Source of the DNA: Desulfuromonadales bacterium
GTDB lineage: Bacteria; Desulfobacterota; Desulfuromonadia; Desulfuromonadales; SZUA-540
Reading direction: 5' to 3'
Length of the DNA: 64,000 nt
Assembly: GCA_033549025.1 (NCBI GenBank)
Contig: JAWSUS010000002.1
Location: 32,001-96,000 of the forward strand
Part shown: positions 18,791 through 29,522 of the stretch, in pieces
Numbering within the stretch: the first letter of the stretch is position 1
Layout: the number at the start of each line of letters is the position of its first letter
The notes under the pieces: generated by a model
The model's database searches: none
What the model was told of the DNA's origin: nothing
The model's input: the letters and a program-made list of their open reading frames with translations, nothing else
Translations under genes and position numbers: made by a program

Positions 18791-19482
18791 GAGGACTTCT
18801 CCTTCCCGGCGCGCCGCCGGCCGACCAGGCGTTCGTTCCCCAGCAGCACAGCCAGGGAAAGGGCAATGGCGACCAGGCAGAGGGTCAAGGCCTGAGCATC
18901 CCCACCGGGAACGGCGGTGTAGTCGTAGATGGCCAGCGGGATAGTCCGGGTCGAGCCGGCGATGTTGCCGGCGATCATGATGGTAGCGCCAAATTCGCCA
19001 AGCCCGCGCGCAAACATCAGCGTCGCGCCAGCCAGCATTGAGCGCCAGGAGAGGGGAAGGATCATGGTGAAAAGCAGGTCGTGCCAGGGGGCGCCCAGGG
19101 TCCGTGCCGCCGCGAGCAGGTCCTTGTCGATGCTCTCCATGCCGATGCGCAGCGACCGCACCAGCAGGGGAAAGCCGACCACCAGGGCCGCCAGCACCGC
19201 CGCTTTCCAGGTGAAGATAACCCGGATGCCGAGGGTATTCAGCAGCCCGCCGAGCCAACTGTCCTGCCCCAGCAACAGCAGCAACAGATAGCCGACTACC
19301 ACCGGCGGCAGCACCAGCGGCAGATTGACCAGCCCTTCCAGCAGCGCCTTGCCCGGCAGGCGGGTGAAGACCAGCACGGCCGCAACGGCGAAGCCTGCCG
19401 GCAGGGCCAGCAGGGTCGCCAAGGTCGCCACCTGGGCCGAAAGCCAGATGGCCTGATAATCGTTGCCGGTCAATTCAAACAT
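18787..19482 (-). CDS. modB: Molybdate ABC transporter permease
   Basis: LPLVLPPVVVGY, AARTLGA, FARGLGEFGAT, TRTIPLAIY. Confidence 0.95.
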   Translation of the reverse strand: MFELTGNDYQAIWLSAQVATLATLLALPAGFAVAAVLVFTRLPGKALLEGLVNLPLVLPPVVVGYLLLLLLGQDSWLGGLLNTLGIRVIFTWKAAVLAALVVGFPLLVRSLRIGMESIDKDLLAAARTLGAPWHDLLFTMILPLSWRSMLAGATLMFARGLGEFGATIMIAGNIAGSTRTIPLAIYDYTAVPGGDAQALTLCLVAIALSLAVLLGNERLVGRRRAGKEKSS

Positions 19483-19496
19483 CGGATCCTCTCCGG

Positions 19497-20246
19497 TCAG
19501 GGGCCTTTCGCTGTCACCAGGAAGCCGTGCCGCGCCAGGATTTGTCGCGCTGTTTCTCCCTGGAGAAAGTTGAAGAAGGCACCGGCCGCCGCATTTTCCC
19601 GTCCGCTCAGGGTCAGTGCCATGGGGTAGCTCACCGGAGCATGCAAAACCCCGGGAATTTCATAGAGAATCTGCGCCTTTTGAGCGAGGCGGGCGTCGGT
19701 GCGATAGACCAGGGCCGCGTCGACTTCGCCGCGCTCGGCGAGGACCACCGCCTGACCGACATCCTTAACCGGCACCAGGTGCTTTCGCAGGGCCTCATAG
19801 AGACCGGCGGTCGTGAGGGCCTGCTCGGCATACTCGCCGGCCGGGCCACTTTTCGGGTTGACCAGGGCGATGCGCTCCAGCTTCAACAGATCGTCCAGTC
19901 CGGTCAGGGGGGCCGAAGCCCGCCCGATAACCACCAGCTGATTACCGGCCAGAACAGCGGCAGCCTGGTCGAGCAGCCCCTTTTCCCCCAGATAGTCGAG
20001 CCATTTCCCGTTGGCCGAAACGAAGAGGTCAACGGGGGCTCCCTGCTCGATCTGTCGGGCCAGGGTACCGGAAGCGCCGAAGTTGCTCGCAAAACGGACC
20101 GCGTCAGCTTCTAATGCGTACTCTTCAGTCAAGGCTCCCATGACCTCGCGCAGGCTCGCGGCCACCGACAGCCGCACCTCGGCGGCCATGGCGGCTGAGC
20201 CAAGCAGGAGCCATCCCAGCAACCAGACCGACGCAAGAGTTTTCAT
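19497..20246 (-). CDS. modA: Molybdate ABC transporter substrate-binding protein
   Basis: Signal peptide, VAASL, FGASGTLARQIEQGAP, DLFVSA, PAGEYA, VYRTD; start ATG 20246. Confidence 0.93.
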   Translation of the reverse strand: MKTLASVWLLGWLLLGSAAMAAEVRLSVAASLREVMGALTEEYALEADAVRFASNFGASGTLARQIEQGAPVDLFVSANGKWLDYLGEKGLLDQAAAVLAGNQLVVIGRASAPLTGLDDLLKLERIALVNPKSGPAGEYAEQALTTAGLYEALRKHLVPVKDVGQAVVLAERGEVDAALVYRTDARLAQKAQILYEIPGVLHAPVSYPMALTLSGRENAAAGAFFNFLQGETARQILARHGFLVTAKGP

Positions 20247-20256
20247 GCTACCTCCT

Positions 20257-21132
20257 TCAAACGGCCTGGGCGTGCAGGGCTTCCAGATCGATGTCCCGTC
20301 CCACCACCCCGGCGGCATCGGCGCGGCACTGTTTGCAGTGGCGAGCCTGGGAGAGGATCAGCTCGGCCTGGTTGCGGACCATCTCCATAACCGCTTCGGA
20401 AGGGGGCTCGATATCCTGGAAGAGCCCGATGGGGATCACGGGAATAATGTTCATCATAGTCGCCCCAAGCTCCCTCACCTTGACGGCCAGTTCCAGGGTT
20501 TCGTGGTCATTGACTCCCGGGATGTACACGTGGTTAATCTTGACCATCAGCCCGGCCTTCGCTGCCATCTCCACCCCTATGAGCTGCTGCCTGAGGAGGA
20601 TCTCCGCTGCTTCCTGGCCGCTGAGACGCTGACCGTCAAACCTGATCCATTCGGTGATCTTGGCGCCGGTTTCAGGGCTCAGGGCATTAATGGTGACGGT
20701 CAGACTGTGGATGTCGGCCTCAAGGAGCTGGTCCAGCATCTCGGGCAGGCGCAGACCGTTGGTTGACAGGCACAGGGTCATCTCGGGGAAGGCTTCCCGT
20801 ACCAGCGTAAACGTTTCAAAAGTCTTGGGATTGGCCAGCGGATCGCCGGGGCCGGCAATACCGACCACCTTGAGTTGAGCCCCTCCGGCTTTCTCCATGT
20901 GGGCCTTGACAAGACGTACCCTCTCGACGCCCTGGGCCGGAGTGAGCACCCTGCTGGTAACACCGGGGCGGCTTTCATTGGCGCAGTCGAACTTGCGCTC
21001 GCAGAATCCACACTTGATATTGCAGCCCGGAGCGACGGGGAGGTGAATACGGCCAGCCTTGCTGTGGTCACCGCCGAAGCAGGGGTGGTCGGACTGAACT
21101 TTGGCTTTCATCATCGGGCACTGCTTGGCCAT
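20257..21132 (-). CDS. nifB: Radical SAM FeMo-cofactor biosynthesis protein NifB (stand-alone, no NifX domain)
   Basis: HPC, RIHLPVAPGCNIKCGFC, ESRPG, AGPGDPL, STNG, CKQCRADA; start ATG 21132. Confidence 0.93.
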   Translation of the reverse strand: MAKQCPMMKAKVQSDHPCFGGDHSKAGRIHLPVAPGCNIKCGFCERKFDCANESRPGVTSRVLTPAQGVERVRLVKAHMEKAGGAQLKVVGIAGPGDPLANPKTFETFTLVREAFPEMTLCLSTNGLRLPEMLDQLLEADIHSLTVTINALSPETGAKITEWIRFDGQRLSGQEAAEILLRQQLIGVEMAAKAGLMVKINHVYIPGVNDHETLELAVKVRELGATMMNIIPVIPIGLFQDIEPPSEAVMEMVRNQAELILSQARHCKQCRADAAGVVGRDIDLEALHAQAV

Positions 21133-21157
21133 AACGGGTCTCCTTGGCTGGGGACGC

Positions 21158-21277
21158 AAAAAGAGCGCTCCCTGTTGTTGGTAAGCGCCCTTGCTGATTC
21201 CACAGCGTAATAAAACCCCGGGGTCGATGCCCCGAGGCTTCATTGCCGAGAGAGAAAAACCGGTACGTCCTTGTACC
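21158..21277 (-). promoter_or_regulatory. Three ANTAR hairpins and two terminators in the nifB-modABC leader
   Basis: GGTAC-AAGGAC-GTACC; GGC-AATGAA-GCC overlapping terminator 1 (21209-21238); AGC-AAGGGC-GCT overlapping terminator 2 (21158-21190). Confidence 0.85.
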
Positions 21278-21302
21278 TGTAAATTGATTTAATCCATAGA
21301 AT

Positions 21303-21318
21303 TGCGAATTGCATGCCA
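21303..21318 (-). promoter_or_regulatory. sigma54 promoter of nifB-modABC
   Basis: Minus strand TGGCATGCAATTCGCA. Confidence 0.8.
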
Positions 21319-21441
21319 AGCTGTGGGGGGCTAAAACAGGGGATGGAAAGTCCTATCCCGGGTTTTTCTGCCCATACCAGAGGCAACAACGACAAAAAGC
21401 GATCGCTTTTTGTGCAGCAGCACAGAGAGCTCCTTTCGAGC

Positions 21442-21813
21442 TCAGCTGGAACACCCGGATGAACGACAATGGCAATGGTTGCCGGCATGCAACGCGGAAC
21501 AGATGGCCTCCTCGATCGGTCCGGAGGCACTGACGTGACGGATACCGGCCTTTTCCAGTTCCTGGCGGGGATAATCGCCGATCTGCGCGGTGACCATCAG
21601 GGTACAGCCATCCAGCGCGGCCAGGATGCCGGCCATGCGGCTGTGACTGAAGACATGATCAGGGTCAGCGGAGCAGAACTTGACCACCGGCACCTCGGAG
21701 ATCTTGGCAGGTGAAGCACAGGATTCCCCGATTTCATAAATGTGAAATTTTTCGGCGTGACCGAAGTGTTGGTCGACTTCGGTTCCGCTTTTGGATGCTA
21801 CCGCAATACGCAT
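21442..21813 (-). CDS. NifB/NifX-family FeMo-co precursor-binding protein
   Basis: RIAVAS...VDQHFGHA..F.IY, IG..P...L; Cys/His-rich C-terminus HCHCRSSGC. Confidence 0.85.
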   Translation of the reverse strand: MRIAVASKSGTEVDQHFGHAEKFHIYEIGESCASPAKISEVPVVKFCSADPDHVFSHSRMAGILAALDGCTLMVTAQIGDYPRQELEKAGIRHVSASGPIEEAICSALHAGNHCHCRSSGCSS

Positions 21814-21894
21814 TTCAACCTCCTGAGTTCTACCGGAGTGAGGTCTTCCGGCACCTTGTCCGGAAGACCCGAGAGAACCCCCGTGCAGCGTTTC

Positions 21895-22164
21895 CTAAAC
21901 TTCCATGGTCGTAAAAGTGAAACACTTTTTGGGGCAGGTGACGCCGCAACCGGCGCAGCCGATACAGTCACCTGAGTTGACGATGGTCATGACCATACGG
22001 GTAGAATCCGTCTCTTCGTCAACAAGGTCTTCAGGACCCAGTACCTTGCGCGAGCAGGCCTTGAAGCAGCGGCCGCAGCCGATGCATTTTTCGGGGTCGA
22101 TCGTCTCGGCGAAGGTTGGCGTCCAGTCTCTGCCCCCCCGGGTTTTACCGGTCAGCAATGGCAT
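21895..22164 (-). CDS. fdxB: Ferredoxin III, nif-specific (2x[4Fe-4S])
   Basis: TRGGRDWTP, CIGCGRCFKAC, CIGCAGCGVTCPKKC. Confidence 0.9.
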   Translation of the reverse strand: MPLLTGKTRGGRDWTPTFAETIDPEKCIGCGRCFKACSRKVLGPEDLVDEETDSTRMVMTIVNSGDCIGCAGCGVTCPKKCFTFTTMEV

Positions 22165-22213
22165 GGTGAATCTCCTTTATTGGGGAATCGTGTTTTCCTG
22201 AATGGATCCGGTC

Positions 22214-22594
22214 TCAAGCTAACCCGGGACGTTCGCCCTTGAGCATAGCCTTCTGGAGCCAGGGTGGCGGGCTGCCGCGCAGAACCTCCTGCAATTTTTC
22301 CACGACCGTGGTGATGGCCTCCTGGTCTTTGCTTTTGATCGGATGAATTTTTTTGGCAACGAGCCGAGCCGCAGCGGGCCCGCCGATCTCCGCCACATAG
22401 ACCAGCGCACAGTCCGAAAGTCCTGAGCAGCGCGCTTCGATACGGTCGGCTTCATCAGCGCCTTCGGTCTTGACCTGCACCACCCCACTGAACTCAGCGG
22501 CATCAGGACCGACTTCCCAGATGGTGAACTGCTCGGCGCGACCAAAGTGTTCATTTACGAAAACCTTGTCGGTACTGGCAAATGCTACTTTCAT
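22214..22594 (-). CDS. nifX: Nitrogen fixation protein NifX
   Basis: MKVAFASTD...VNEHFG, IGGPAAARL, IHPIK, PPPWLQKAM; start ATG 22594. Confidence 0.92.
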   Translation of the reverse strand: MKVAFASTDKVFVNEHFGRAEQFTIWEVGPDAAEFSGVVQVKTEGADEADRIEARCSGLSDCALVYVAEIGGPAAARLVAKKIHPIKSKDQEAITTVVEKLQEVLRGSPPPWLQKAMLKGERPGLA

Positions 22595-22663
22595 GGTCAA
22601 TCCCTCCCGGCCCGGTCGACCGACGATGACGAATCTGCTGGTGCGAATCATGGGGGTTCTCCC

Positions 22664-22712
22664 GTAGGGGCGTGATCCACCACGCCCTGGGCGCAAGGAA
22701 TGGCGCCCCTAC
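22664..22712. repeat. GTAG-family REP inverted pair between nifK and nifX
   Basis: GTAGGGGCGTGATCCACCACGCCC...GGCGCCCCTAC; the same family recurs at 24215 and 37724. Confidence 0.8.
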
Positions 22713-22720
22713 CATTCTGG

Positions 22721-24184
22721 CTACCGCATCATCTCGAACCACTGGTCCTCGCAGGTCTCATCTTTGATCTCGAGGAACTTATTGGCGATCATGGTCAGCA
22801 TACTGATCGCGCCGTTGTAACCGATCACCGGGGTGCGGTGCAGGTTGACGCGGTCGATGATGGGGAAGCCGATACGGAACAGGGGAATCCCGGCGTCACG
22901 TGCCGCCCACTTGGCGTGGGTGTCGCCGATGATGCCGTCGACCGGATCGGTGACCAGCAGGGAACGCATGTGCCAGAGATCCTTGTTGATGTAGCAGGTA
23001 CACCCTTCGCCGAACGGTGACGAGGCGAGCAGCGCGTCCATCTCCTTCTGGAACTTTTTGGTTGCCCGTGAGCAGAGCACATGCCAGGGACGGGCGCCCA
23101 TCTCGAGCAGGAAGCTGACGATACCGATGAGATAGTCGGGATCACCAGCCACGGCGAACTTTCGGCCGTGCAGGTACTGGTGGGCGTCGGTCATGGCGTC
23201 GACCGCCAGGGCGCGCTCCTTTTTGAGCACCTCCGGAATCGGCTTGTCGAACAGCGCACTCAGTTTGAGCAACAGCTCGTCGGTCTTCTTGATGCCGAAG
23301 GGCATCGGCAGCACCGCCTTCTCGCCAGTGTACTCGGATTCGATCCATTTCATGGTATTGACCGTTGCGTACTTCTGGAAGGCGATGGTCGCCTTGCCGT
23401 TGATCGACTCCGCGGCATCCTCGAGCTTGGTGCCGCCCGGGTAGAGCTTGTACTCGCCGTCGCAACCCGAATCGAAGACGTCGGAGACGTCGGCGAGCAT
23501 GGTGTAGGGGATCCCCATCAGTTCGCAGATCCGCTTGTACTCACGCAGGTTGCCGACGTTGCCGTCAAAACCGGGGATGATGTTGAGCTTGCCGGTACAC
23601 TTGCCTTCGACGCTCTTCCCCTCGGTGAGGGTCTGCAGGATACTCAGCAGCATCGCGTCGTAACCGTGGATGTGGGTGCCATTGAAGCTCGGGGTGTTGG
23701 CGTAGGGGGTCGGCACCTCTTCCGGCAGGTGCCCCTGCAGCTTGGCGTTCTTGATAAAGGCGGTCAGATCGTCGCCGATGACCTCCGGCATGCAGGTGGT
23801 ATAGATAGGGATCATCTTCGGCTTGTAGAGGGCGTAGGCGTTCGCCAGACCTTCGAACAGGTTGTTCTGGCCGCCAAACACGGCGCCGTCCTCGGTCATG
23901 GCGTCACAGGTCGCCGCCGCCGGTTCGCGGTAGTGGCGGGAAAAAGTGCTGCGGAAATAGGAGGCACAGCCCTGGGAGCCGTGCACGAACGGCAGGGCGC
24001 CCTCGAAGCCGGTGGCCACCATCTGTGCGCCGAGTGGCTGGCAGGCGTGGGCCGGGTTGACCACCAGGGCGGTGCGGGCAAAGTTCTTCTCTTTATACTC
24101 TTCCGAATTGATCCATTCCTTGACCCGGTCGATCTCTGACTCTGGGGTCTCGGTCACGAATTTGATGGCTGTTTCTGCGCTCAT
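22721..24184 (-). CDS. nifK: Nitrogenase MoFe protein beta chain
   Basis: NPAHACQPLGA, HGSQGC, TTCMPEVIGDD, TPSF, DLWHMRSL; start ATG 24184 (SD AGGAG). Confidence 0.97.
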   Translation of the reverse strand: MSAETAIKFVTETPESEIDRVKEWINSEEYKEKNFARTALVVNPAHACQPLGAQMVATGFEGALPFVHGSQGCASYFRSTFSRHYREPAAATCDAMTEDGAVFGGQNNLFEGLANAYALYKPKMIPIYTTCMPEVIGDDLTAFIKNAKLQGHLPEEVPTPYANTPSFNGTHIHGYDAMLLSILQTLTEGKSVEGKCTGKLNIIPGFDGNVGNLREYKRICELMGIPYTMLADVSDVFDSGCDGEYKLYPGGTKLEDAAESINGKATIAFQKYATVNTMKWIESEYTGEKAVLPMPFGIKKTDELLLKLSALFDKPIPEVLKKERALAVDAMTDAHQYLHGRKFAVAGDPDYLIGIVSFLLEMGARPWHVLCSRATKKFQKEMDALLASSPFGEGCTCYINKDLWHMRSLLVTDPVDGIIGDTHAKWAARDAGIPLFRIGFPIIDRVNLHRTPVIGYNGAISMLTMIANKFLEIKDETCEDQWFEMMR

Positions 24185-24214
24185 GGCGTAAATCTCCTGT
24201 ATAACGGGGTGACT

Positions 24215-24279
24215 GTAGGGGCGCCATTCATTGCGCCCTTTTTGTTTTCGAAACCGGGCGTGATAAATCACGCCCCTAC
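24215..24279. repeat. GTAG-family REP inverted pair between nifD and nifK
   Basis: GTAGGGGCGCCATTCATTGCGCCC ... GGGCGTGATAAATCACGCCCCTAC. Confidence 0.8.
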
Positions 24280-24292
24280 ATCGCGTCACGGT

Positions 24293-25735
24293 TTAAAAAG
24301 GGCTTTTGACCAATCCCCAGGTCGGGCTGTTGATCGCCATGTCGATATCGCGGGCGAAGATCTTGAACCCTTCGTAGCCGTGATACGGGCCGGAGTAGTC
24401 CCAGCTGTGCATCTGCCGGAAGGGGATGCCCGCTTTCTGGAACACGTACTTCTCCTTGATGCCGCTGCCGACCAGGTCGGGCTTGAACTCTTCGACGAAC
24501 TTCTCCAGCTCGAACTCGGAGACGTCGTCGTAGATCAGGGTTCCCTTGGCCATCTCCGGAGCGGTGCGATCGTAGTCGTCCTGGTGGGCGAACTCGTACC
24601 CCGCGCCGGTGATCTGGATGCCGAGGTCCTCGTAAGCGCCGATGGTGTGTCGCGGGCGCAGGCCGCCGACGAACAGCATGGCGGTCTTGCCGTCGAGGCG
24701 CGGCTTGTACTCGGCGATCACCTCGTCCATCTCCTTGCGGTACTTCTTGATCACTTTTTCGACGTTCTTCTTGATCTTGTCGTCGAAGCGCTCGGCGATG
24801 GCACGCAGGCTCTCCTCGATCTTGGTGGGGCCGAAGAAGTTGTACTCGAGCCAGGGGATACCCCACTTCTCTTCCATGACCTTGCACATATAGTTCATGG
24901 AGCGGTAGCAGTGGATCAGGTTGAGCTTCACCGCGTGAGTGGCGCCGATCTTCTCGACCTCGCCATCGCCGGTCCAGACCGACTTGACGTTGAGACCGAT
25001 CTCTTCAAGGATCGGCTTGGCCGCCCAGACGTCGCCGCCGATGTTGTAGTCGCCGATCAGGGCCACGTCGTAGGGCCCGGGCTCCTCCCGGTACTGATAC
25101 TTGCCGATGATGTGGTCACGGATCGAGTCGTTGGAGATGTGGTGCCCGAGGGACTGGGAGACGCCGCGAAAACCCTCGCAGTTACAGGGGACCACCAGCT
25201 TGTCGAGTTCGATTTCCATTTTTTTGGCGACGGCGTTGATGTCGTCACCGATCAGGCCGACCGGGCACTCGGAGAGGATCGACATCCCCTTGTTGAGCGG
25301 AAAGAGTTCATCGGCCTCACGCAGCAGGGTTTCAAGTTTCTTGTCGCCGCCATAGACGATGTCACGCTCCTGGAAGTCGGAGGTGAAGTCCATCGGGAAG
25401 GAGGTGACGCCCGGGATGCCCTGCATCAGGTTGCGACGGGTCCCCCAGCTGTAGACGCCGCAGCCGATCGGGCCGTGGGAGACGTGGACCATGTCACGGA
25501 TCGGTCCCCAGACCACGCCCTTGGCACCGGCGTAGGCGCAGCCGCGCTGGCTCATAACGCCCGGAACGACCTTCTTGTTCGACTTGACCGCGCAGGGGGA
25601 GGCACTCGGCTCGTTGGCGCCGAGGTGCGGCGCTCGCTTCTTGGCGGCCTTGGCCGGCATTTCGGCCAGGGTCTCCGCGATCAGTTTTTCGGTTTTTTCT
25701 TTTGTCACGCCCTTGATGGGCTTTCTCTCAGCCAT
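24293..25735 (-). CDS. nifD: Nitrogenase MoFe protein alpha chain
   Basis: [56 protein letters not shown]. Confidence 0.98.
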   Translation of the reverse strand: MAERKPIKGVTKEKTEKLIAETLAEMPAKAAKKRAPHLGANEPSASPCAVKSNKKVVPGVMSQRGCAYAGAKGVVWGPIRDMVHVSHGPIGCGVYSWGTRRNLMQGIPGVTSFPMDFTSDFQERDIVYGGDKKLETLLREADELFPLNKGMSILSECPVGLIGDDINAVAKKMEIELDKLVVPCNCEGFRGVSQSLGHHISNDSIRDHIIGKYQYREEPGPYDVALIGDYNIGGDVWAAKPILEEIGLNVKSVWTGDGEVEKIGATHAVKLNLIHCYRSMNYMCKVMEEKWGIPWLEYNFFGPTKIEESLRAIAERFDDKIKKNVEKVIKKYRKEMDEVIAEYKPRLDGKTAMLFVGGLRPRHTIGAYEDLGIQITGAGYEFAHQDDYDRTAPEMAKGTLIYDDVSEFELEKFVEEFKPDLVGSGIKEKYVFQKAGIPFRQMHSWDYSGPYHGYEGFKIFARDIDMAINSPTWGLVKSPF

Positions 25736-25794
25736 AGGGTGTCTCCTTATTTACCTTAACGAAAAATGCTTCTAACACCTAACCTCTAGCGGCG

Positions 25795-25898
25795 GGCAAG
25801 TTGCCCTCAGATCAAGGCGCCGCCCTGGACGGCGGGGGAGGCGTAGCAGCGCTACGTCGAGCGTGCCGGCCGGGGCGGCAACGCCGAACTGGGGGCAA
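25795..25898. repeat. Long imperfect inverted-repeat (MITE-like) element between nifH and nifD
   Basis: TTGCCCTCAG ... CTGGGGGCAA ends, nested CCGCCCTGG/CCGGGGCGG arms and an inner GGCGTAGC-A-GCGCTACGTC hairpin. Confidence 0.55.
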
Positions 25899-25913
25899 AT
25901 CGGCCGTTGCCGA

Positions 25914-26894
<981 letters not shown>

Positions 26895-26981
26895 CTAAAA
26901 TGACAGAGCCCCATACGGAAAATCCGGATGGGGCGCCAGTGCCCGGCGGCTCCGTCATGGGACCGCCATAAGTTCTTGCAG

Positions 26982-27056
26982 AAAAAATAAAACGCCCGGT
27001 GGGGATATCCCGCCGGGCGCCGTTGCCTGCTTTACTCAAGACACCGCTTTGTGTCT
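26982..27056 (-). promoter_or_regulatory. ANTAR twin-hairpin plus intrinsic terminator in the nifH leader
   Basis: P1 AGACAC-AAAGCG-GTGTCT; P2 GGC-AACGGC-GCC overlapping the terminator CGCCCGG...CCGGGCG-TTTTATTTTTT. Confidence 0.88.
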
Positions 27057-27088
27057 CGAAAAAAAGTTTTTGGTTTTGTTTATCTTTC

Positions 27089-27104
27089 TGCAGAAGGCAT
27101 GCCA
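27089..27104 (-). promoter_or_regulatory. sigma54 promoter of nifHDK
   Basis: Minus strand TGGCATGCCTTCTGCA; a second candidate TGGACTATGGCTTGCA lies at 27160-27175. Confidence 0.8.
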
Positions 27105-27403
27105 GATGTGCATCGGAGTCCCTCACCTCGGGTGGCTGATCCCTTCTGAACCGCTTTATTGCAAGCCATAGTCCAACCTTCACTCCCCGCTCGCGACCGC
27201 CAATTGTCCTGCGCGGTGGCCCTCGTCGCAGGGGCTACGTGCTTAAAAAACAAGCTATCCTGCCCAAAAAAACACCCCCGCCCCCGCTGCCTTCTCCTAT
27301 AAGTCCCCGTTTTTACGTCAATGCCCGGCGGCATGAAGATTGAAATGGCTGAACCATCCGGAATCAATGACGCTCCGGCCCCTAAAAACAAGGAGGTTTT
27401 AAA

Positions 27404-28618
27404 ATGGACATGGCTGTCGAATCCCTGGTTCATAGCGGGGACATACTCTTTCTCATGCTCGGGGCGGTCATGGTCTTTGCCATGCACGCCGGATTTGCTT
27501 TTCTCGAAGTTGGCACCGTCCGGCGGAAAAGCCAGGTCAATGCCTTCGTTAAGATTCTTACCGACTGGTCGGTATCGACGGTGGTCTATTTTGCCGTCGG
27601 CTTTCCCATCGCCTATGGCATTCATTTCTTCCACCCGGCCGCGGATTTGCTTGCCGCGGATCAGGGCTACCAACTGGTACGATTCTTCTTTCTCCTCTGC
27701 TTCGCCGCCTGCATACCCGCCATCATTTCCGGCGGCATTGCCGAGCGGGCCAAGTTCTGGCCGCAGGTAGCGGCCGGAGCCGTTTTTGCCGCGGTGATCT
27801 ATCCCCTGTTCGAGTCGCTGATCTGGGGGCAGAACAGCTCTGGTCTTCAGGCTTTTTTCGAGCAGAATCTCGGAGCCCCTTTCCATGATTTTGCCGGCAG
27901 CGTGGTGGTTCATTCCATGGGAGGGTGGCTGGCCCTGCCCGCTATCATCATCCTTGGTGCCCGCAAGGGACGCTTTGTCAAAGGACAGAGCCGGGCCATT
28001 CCTATCAGCAACATTCCCTTTCTCGCTCTGGGGAGCTGGATTTTGGCCGTCGGCTGGTTCGGCTTCAACGTCATGAGCGCCCAATCCCTTACCGGCATAT
28101 CGGGGCTGGTCGCCCTGAACTCGCTGATGGCCATGGTTGGCGGCGTCCTCTTTGCCCTGGTTGCCGGCCGCAACGACCCCGGCTTCGCCCACAACGGCGC
28201 TCTGGCCGGCCTGATTGCCATCTGTGCCGGGTCGGACATTCTGCATCCGATCGCCGCCTTTGTGGTCGGTGGCATCGGCGCCCTGATCTTTGTTTACGGT
28301 TTCCAGTGGGAACAGGAAAAACTGCAGATCGATGACGTGCTCGGGGTCTGGCCGCTGCACGGCATCATCGGCACCTGGGGCGGCGTTGCCGCCGGCATTT
28401 TCGGCTACCCCTTGCTGGGCGGCCTGGGCGGCGTCAGTTTCCTGTCCCAGGTGGCGGGCAGTGCGCTGGCCATTCTCTGGGCTGTCTCCATGGGCACGTT
28501 GGTCTACGGGGCCATCAAGAAGATTTCCGGCATCCGCCTTCAGGAGGAGGAGGAGTTCCGTGGCGCCGACCTTTCGATTCACCGCATCGATGCCTATCCG
28601 GAAGAACACGTTAAATAA
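27404..28618 (+). CDS. amtB: Ammonium transporter (Amt family)
   Basis: GFAFLEVGTVR, IISGGIAER, DFAGSVVVH, WFGFN, NGALAGL, DDVLGVWPLHG; SD AAGGAGG. Confidence 0.93.
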   Translation: MDMAVESLVHSGDILFLMLGAVMVFAMHAGFAFLEVGTVRRKSQVNAFVKILTDWSVSTVVYFAVGFPIAYGIHFFHPAADLLAADQGYQLVRFFFLLCFAACIPAIISGGIAERAKFWPQVAAGAVFAAVIYPLFESLIWGQNSSGLQAFFEQNLGAPFHDFAGSVVVHSMGGWLALPAIIILGARKGRFVKGQSRAIPISNIPFLALGSWILAVGWFGFNVMSAQSLTGISGLVALNSLMAMVGGVLFALVAGRNDPGFAHNGALAGLIAICAGSDILHPIAAFVVGGIGALIFVYGFQWEQEKLQIDDVLGVWPLHGIIGTWGGVAAGIFGYPLLGGLGGVSFLSQVAGSALAILWAVSMGTLVYGAIKKISGIRLQEEEEFRGADLSIHRIDAYPEEHVK

Positions 28619-28654
28619 CGAGTTCGGGGGCAGGAGGGCTCGTCAGCTCTTCCC

Positions 28655-29086
28655 TCAGGAAATGGAATCCACCTTCAGGGCAAAGGTCAGATCGAGACCG
28701 GCCAGAGGGTGGTTGCCATCCAGCGTGATGCGGCCTTCCTGCACCTGGATCACGCGCATGGGGAGCAGGTCCCCGTTTTTCAGGGTGAGTTCCACCTGTT
28801 GCCCAGGCCTGGGTTGGGATCCGGCGGGGAGCTGATTCTCGCGCAAGGTCAGCAGATTCTCCTTGCGATGAGGACCGTAAGCCTTCTCGGCGGGGATGAG
28901 CAGGTTCTTCGCCTCGCCTGCGGCCATCCCTGCCACCGCCTCTTCCAGCGCGGCAAAGACCTCGCCGGCACCCAGCACGAAGGACAGGGGTTCACGGTCC
29001 GTGGTGCTGTCAAAAATGCGGCCGTTGTCGAGGGTGCCGATGTAGTGAATGGCCACCCGGTCGCCGCTGTGGGCTCTTTTCATCAT
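28655..29086 (-). CDS. FKBP-type peptidyl-prolyl isomerase (SlyD/FkpB-like)
   Basis: [39 protein letters not shown]. Confidence 0.92.
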   Translation of the reverse strand: MMKRAHSGDRVAIHYIGTLDNGRIFDSTTDREPLSFVLGAGEVFAALEEAVAGMAAGEAKNLLIPAEKAYGPHRKENLLTLRENQLPAGSQPRPGQQVELTLKNGDLLPMRVIQVQEGRITLDGNHPLAGLDLTFALKVDSIS

Positions 29087-29517
29087 GGCTCCTTTCGGCT
29101 GATGATCCAGAATCGATCATCGAAAAAACGTACGAGGAGAGGTCTGACCTCCTTCCACGACAACCCGCCACCTCCGCAACCAGGGCGCGGCACGATGATA
29201 CGGGTCCACCCCCTGCCATCGGCCAAGTCCCTGAGCTGCTGGCAGGAGCGCTCAATGATCTGGAGGTCGGGAACCTCGTAAGGGCTGTTCTCGACCGGAA
29301 AGCTCACCAACCCCTCCATCGGTTCGAAAACCCGGTTTCCGTTGTTACCAATAAGCAAACCCAGAGTGGCCGCAAGGCTCGGGAAGCGATCCCGGGCTTC
29401 ACGGGCGCATCCCCTCGGCATGGCGCACTCCCCTTTGGGGGTAACGAGCCCGCCGGTGGTGATGGCGATCACGCCGTTGCCGAAATAATCCCAGAGTTCC
29501 CCTTCGATCTCCTGCAT
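29083..29517 (-). CDS. Macrodomain (ADP-ribose-binding, DarG/TARG1-like fold) protein
   Basis: [45 protein letters not shown] (a P.xGCG.GGL.W glycine loop typical of this macrodomain class). Confidence 0.7.
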   Translation of the reverse strand: MQEIEGELWDYFGNGVIAITTGGLVTPKGECAMPRGCAREARDRFPSLAATLGLLIGNNGNRVFEPMEGLVSFPVENSPYEVPDLQIIERSCQQLRDLADGRGWTRIIVPRPGCGGGGLSWKEVRPLLVRFFDDRFWIISRKEP

Positions 29518-29522
29518 GCCGC

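Noticed and set aside
17735..19258. 507-aa ORF suggesting an N-terminally extended ModC
   Set aside because: The extension overlaps modB in another frame; the real start is ATG 18790, coupled to the modB stop.
20257..21132. NifB lacking the C-terminal NifX-like domain as a truncated pseudogene
   Set aside because: Stand-alone radical-SAM NifB is an established functional architecture; all signature motifs are intact and a separate NifB/NifX-family gene lies nearby.
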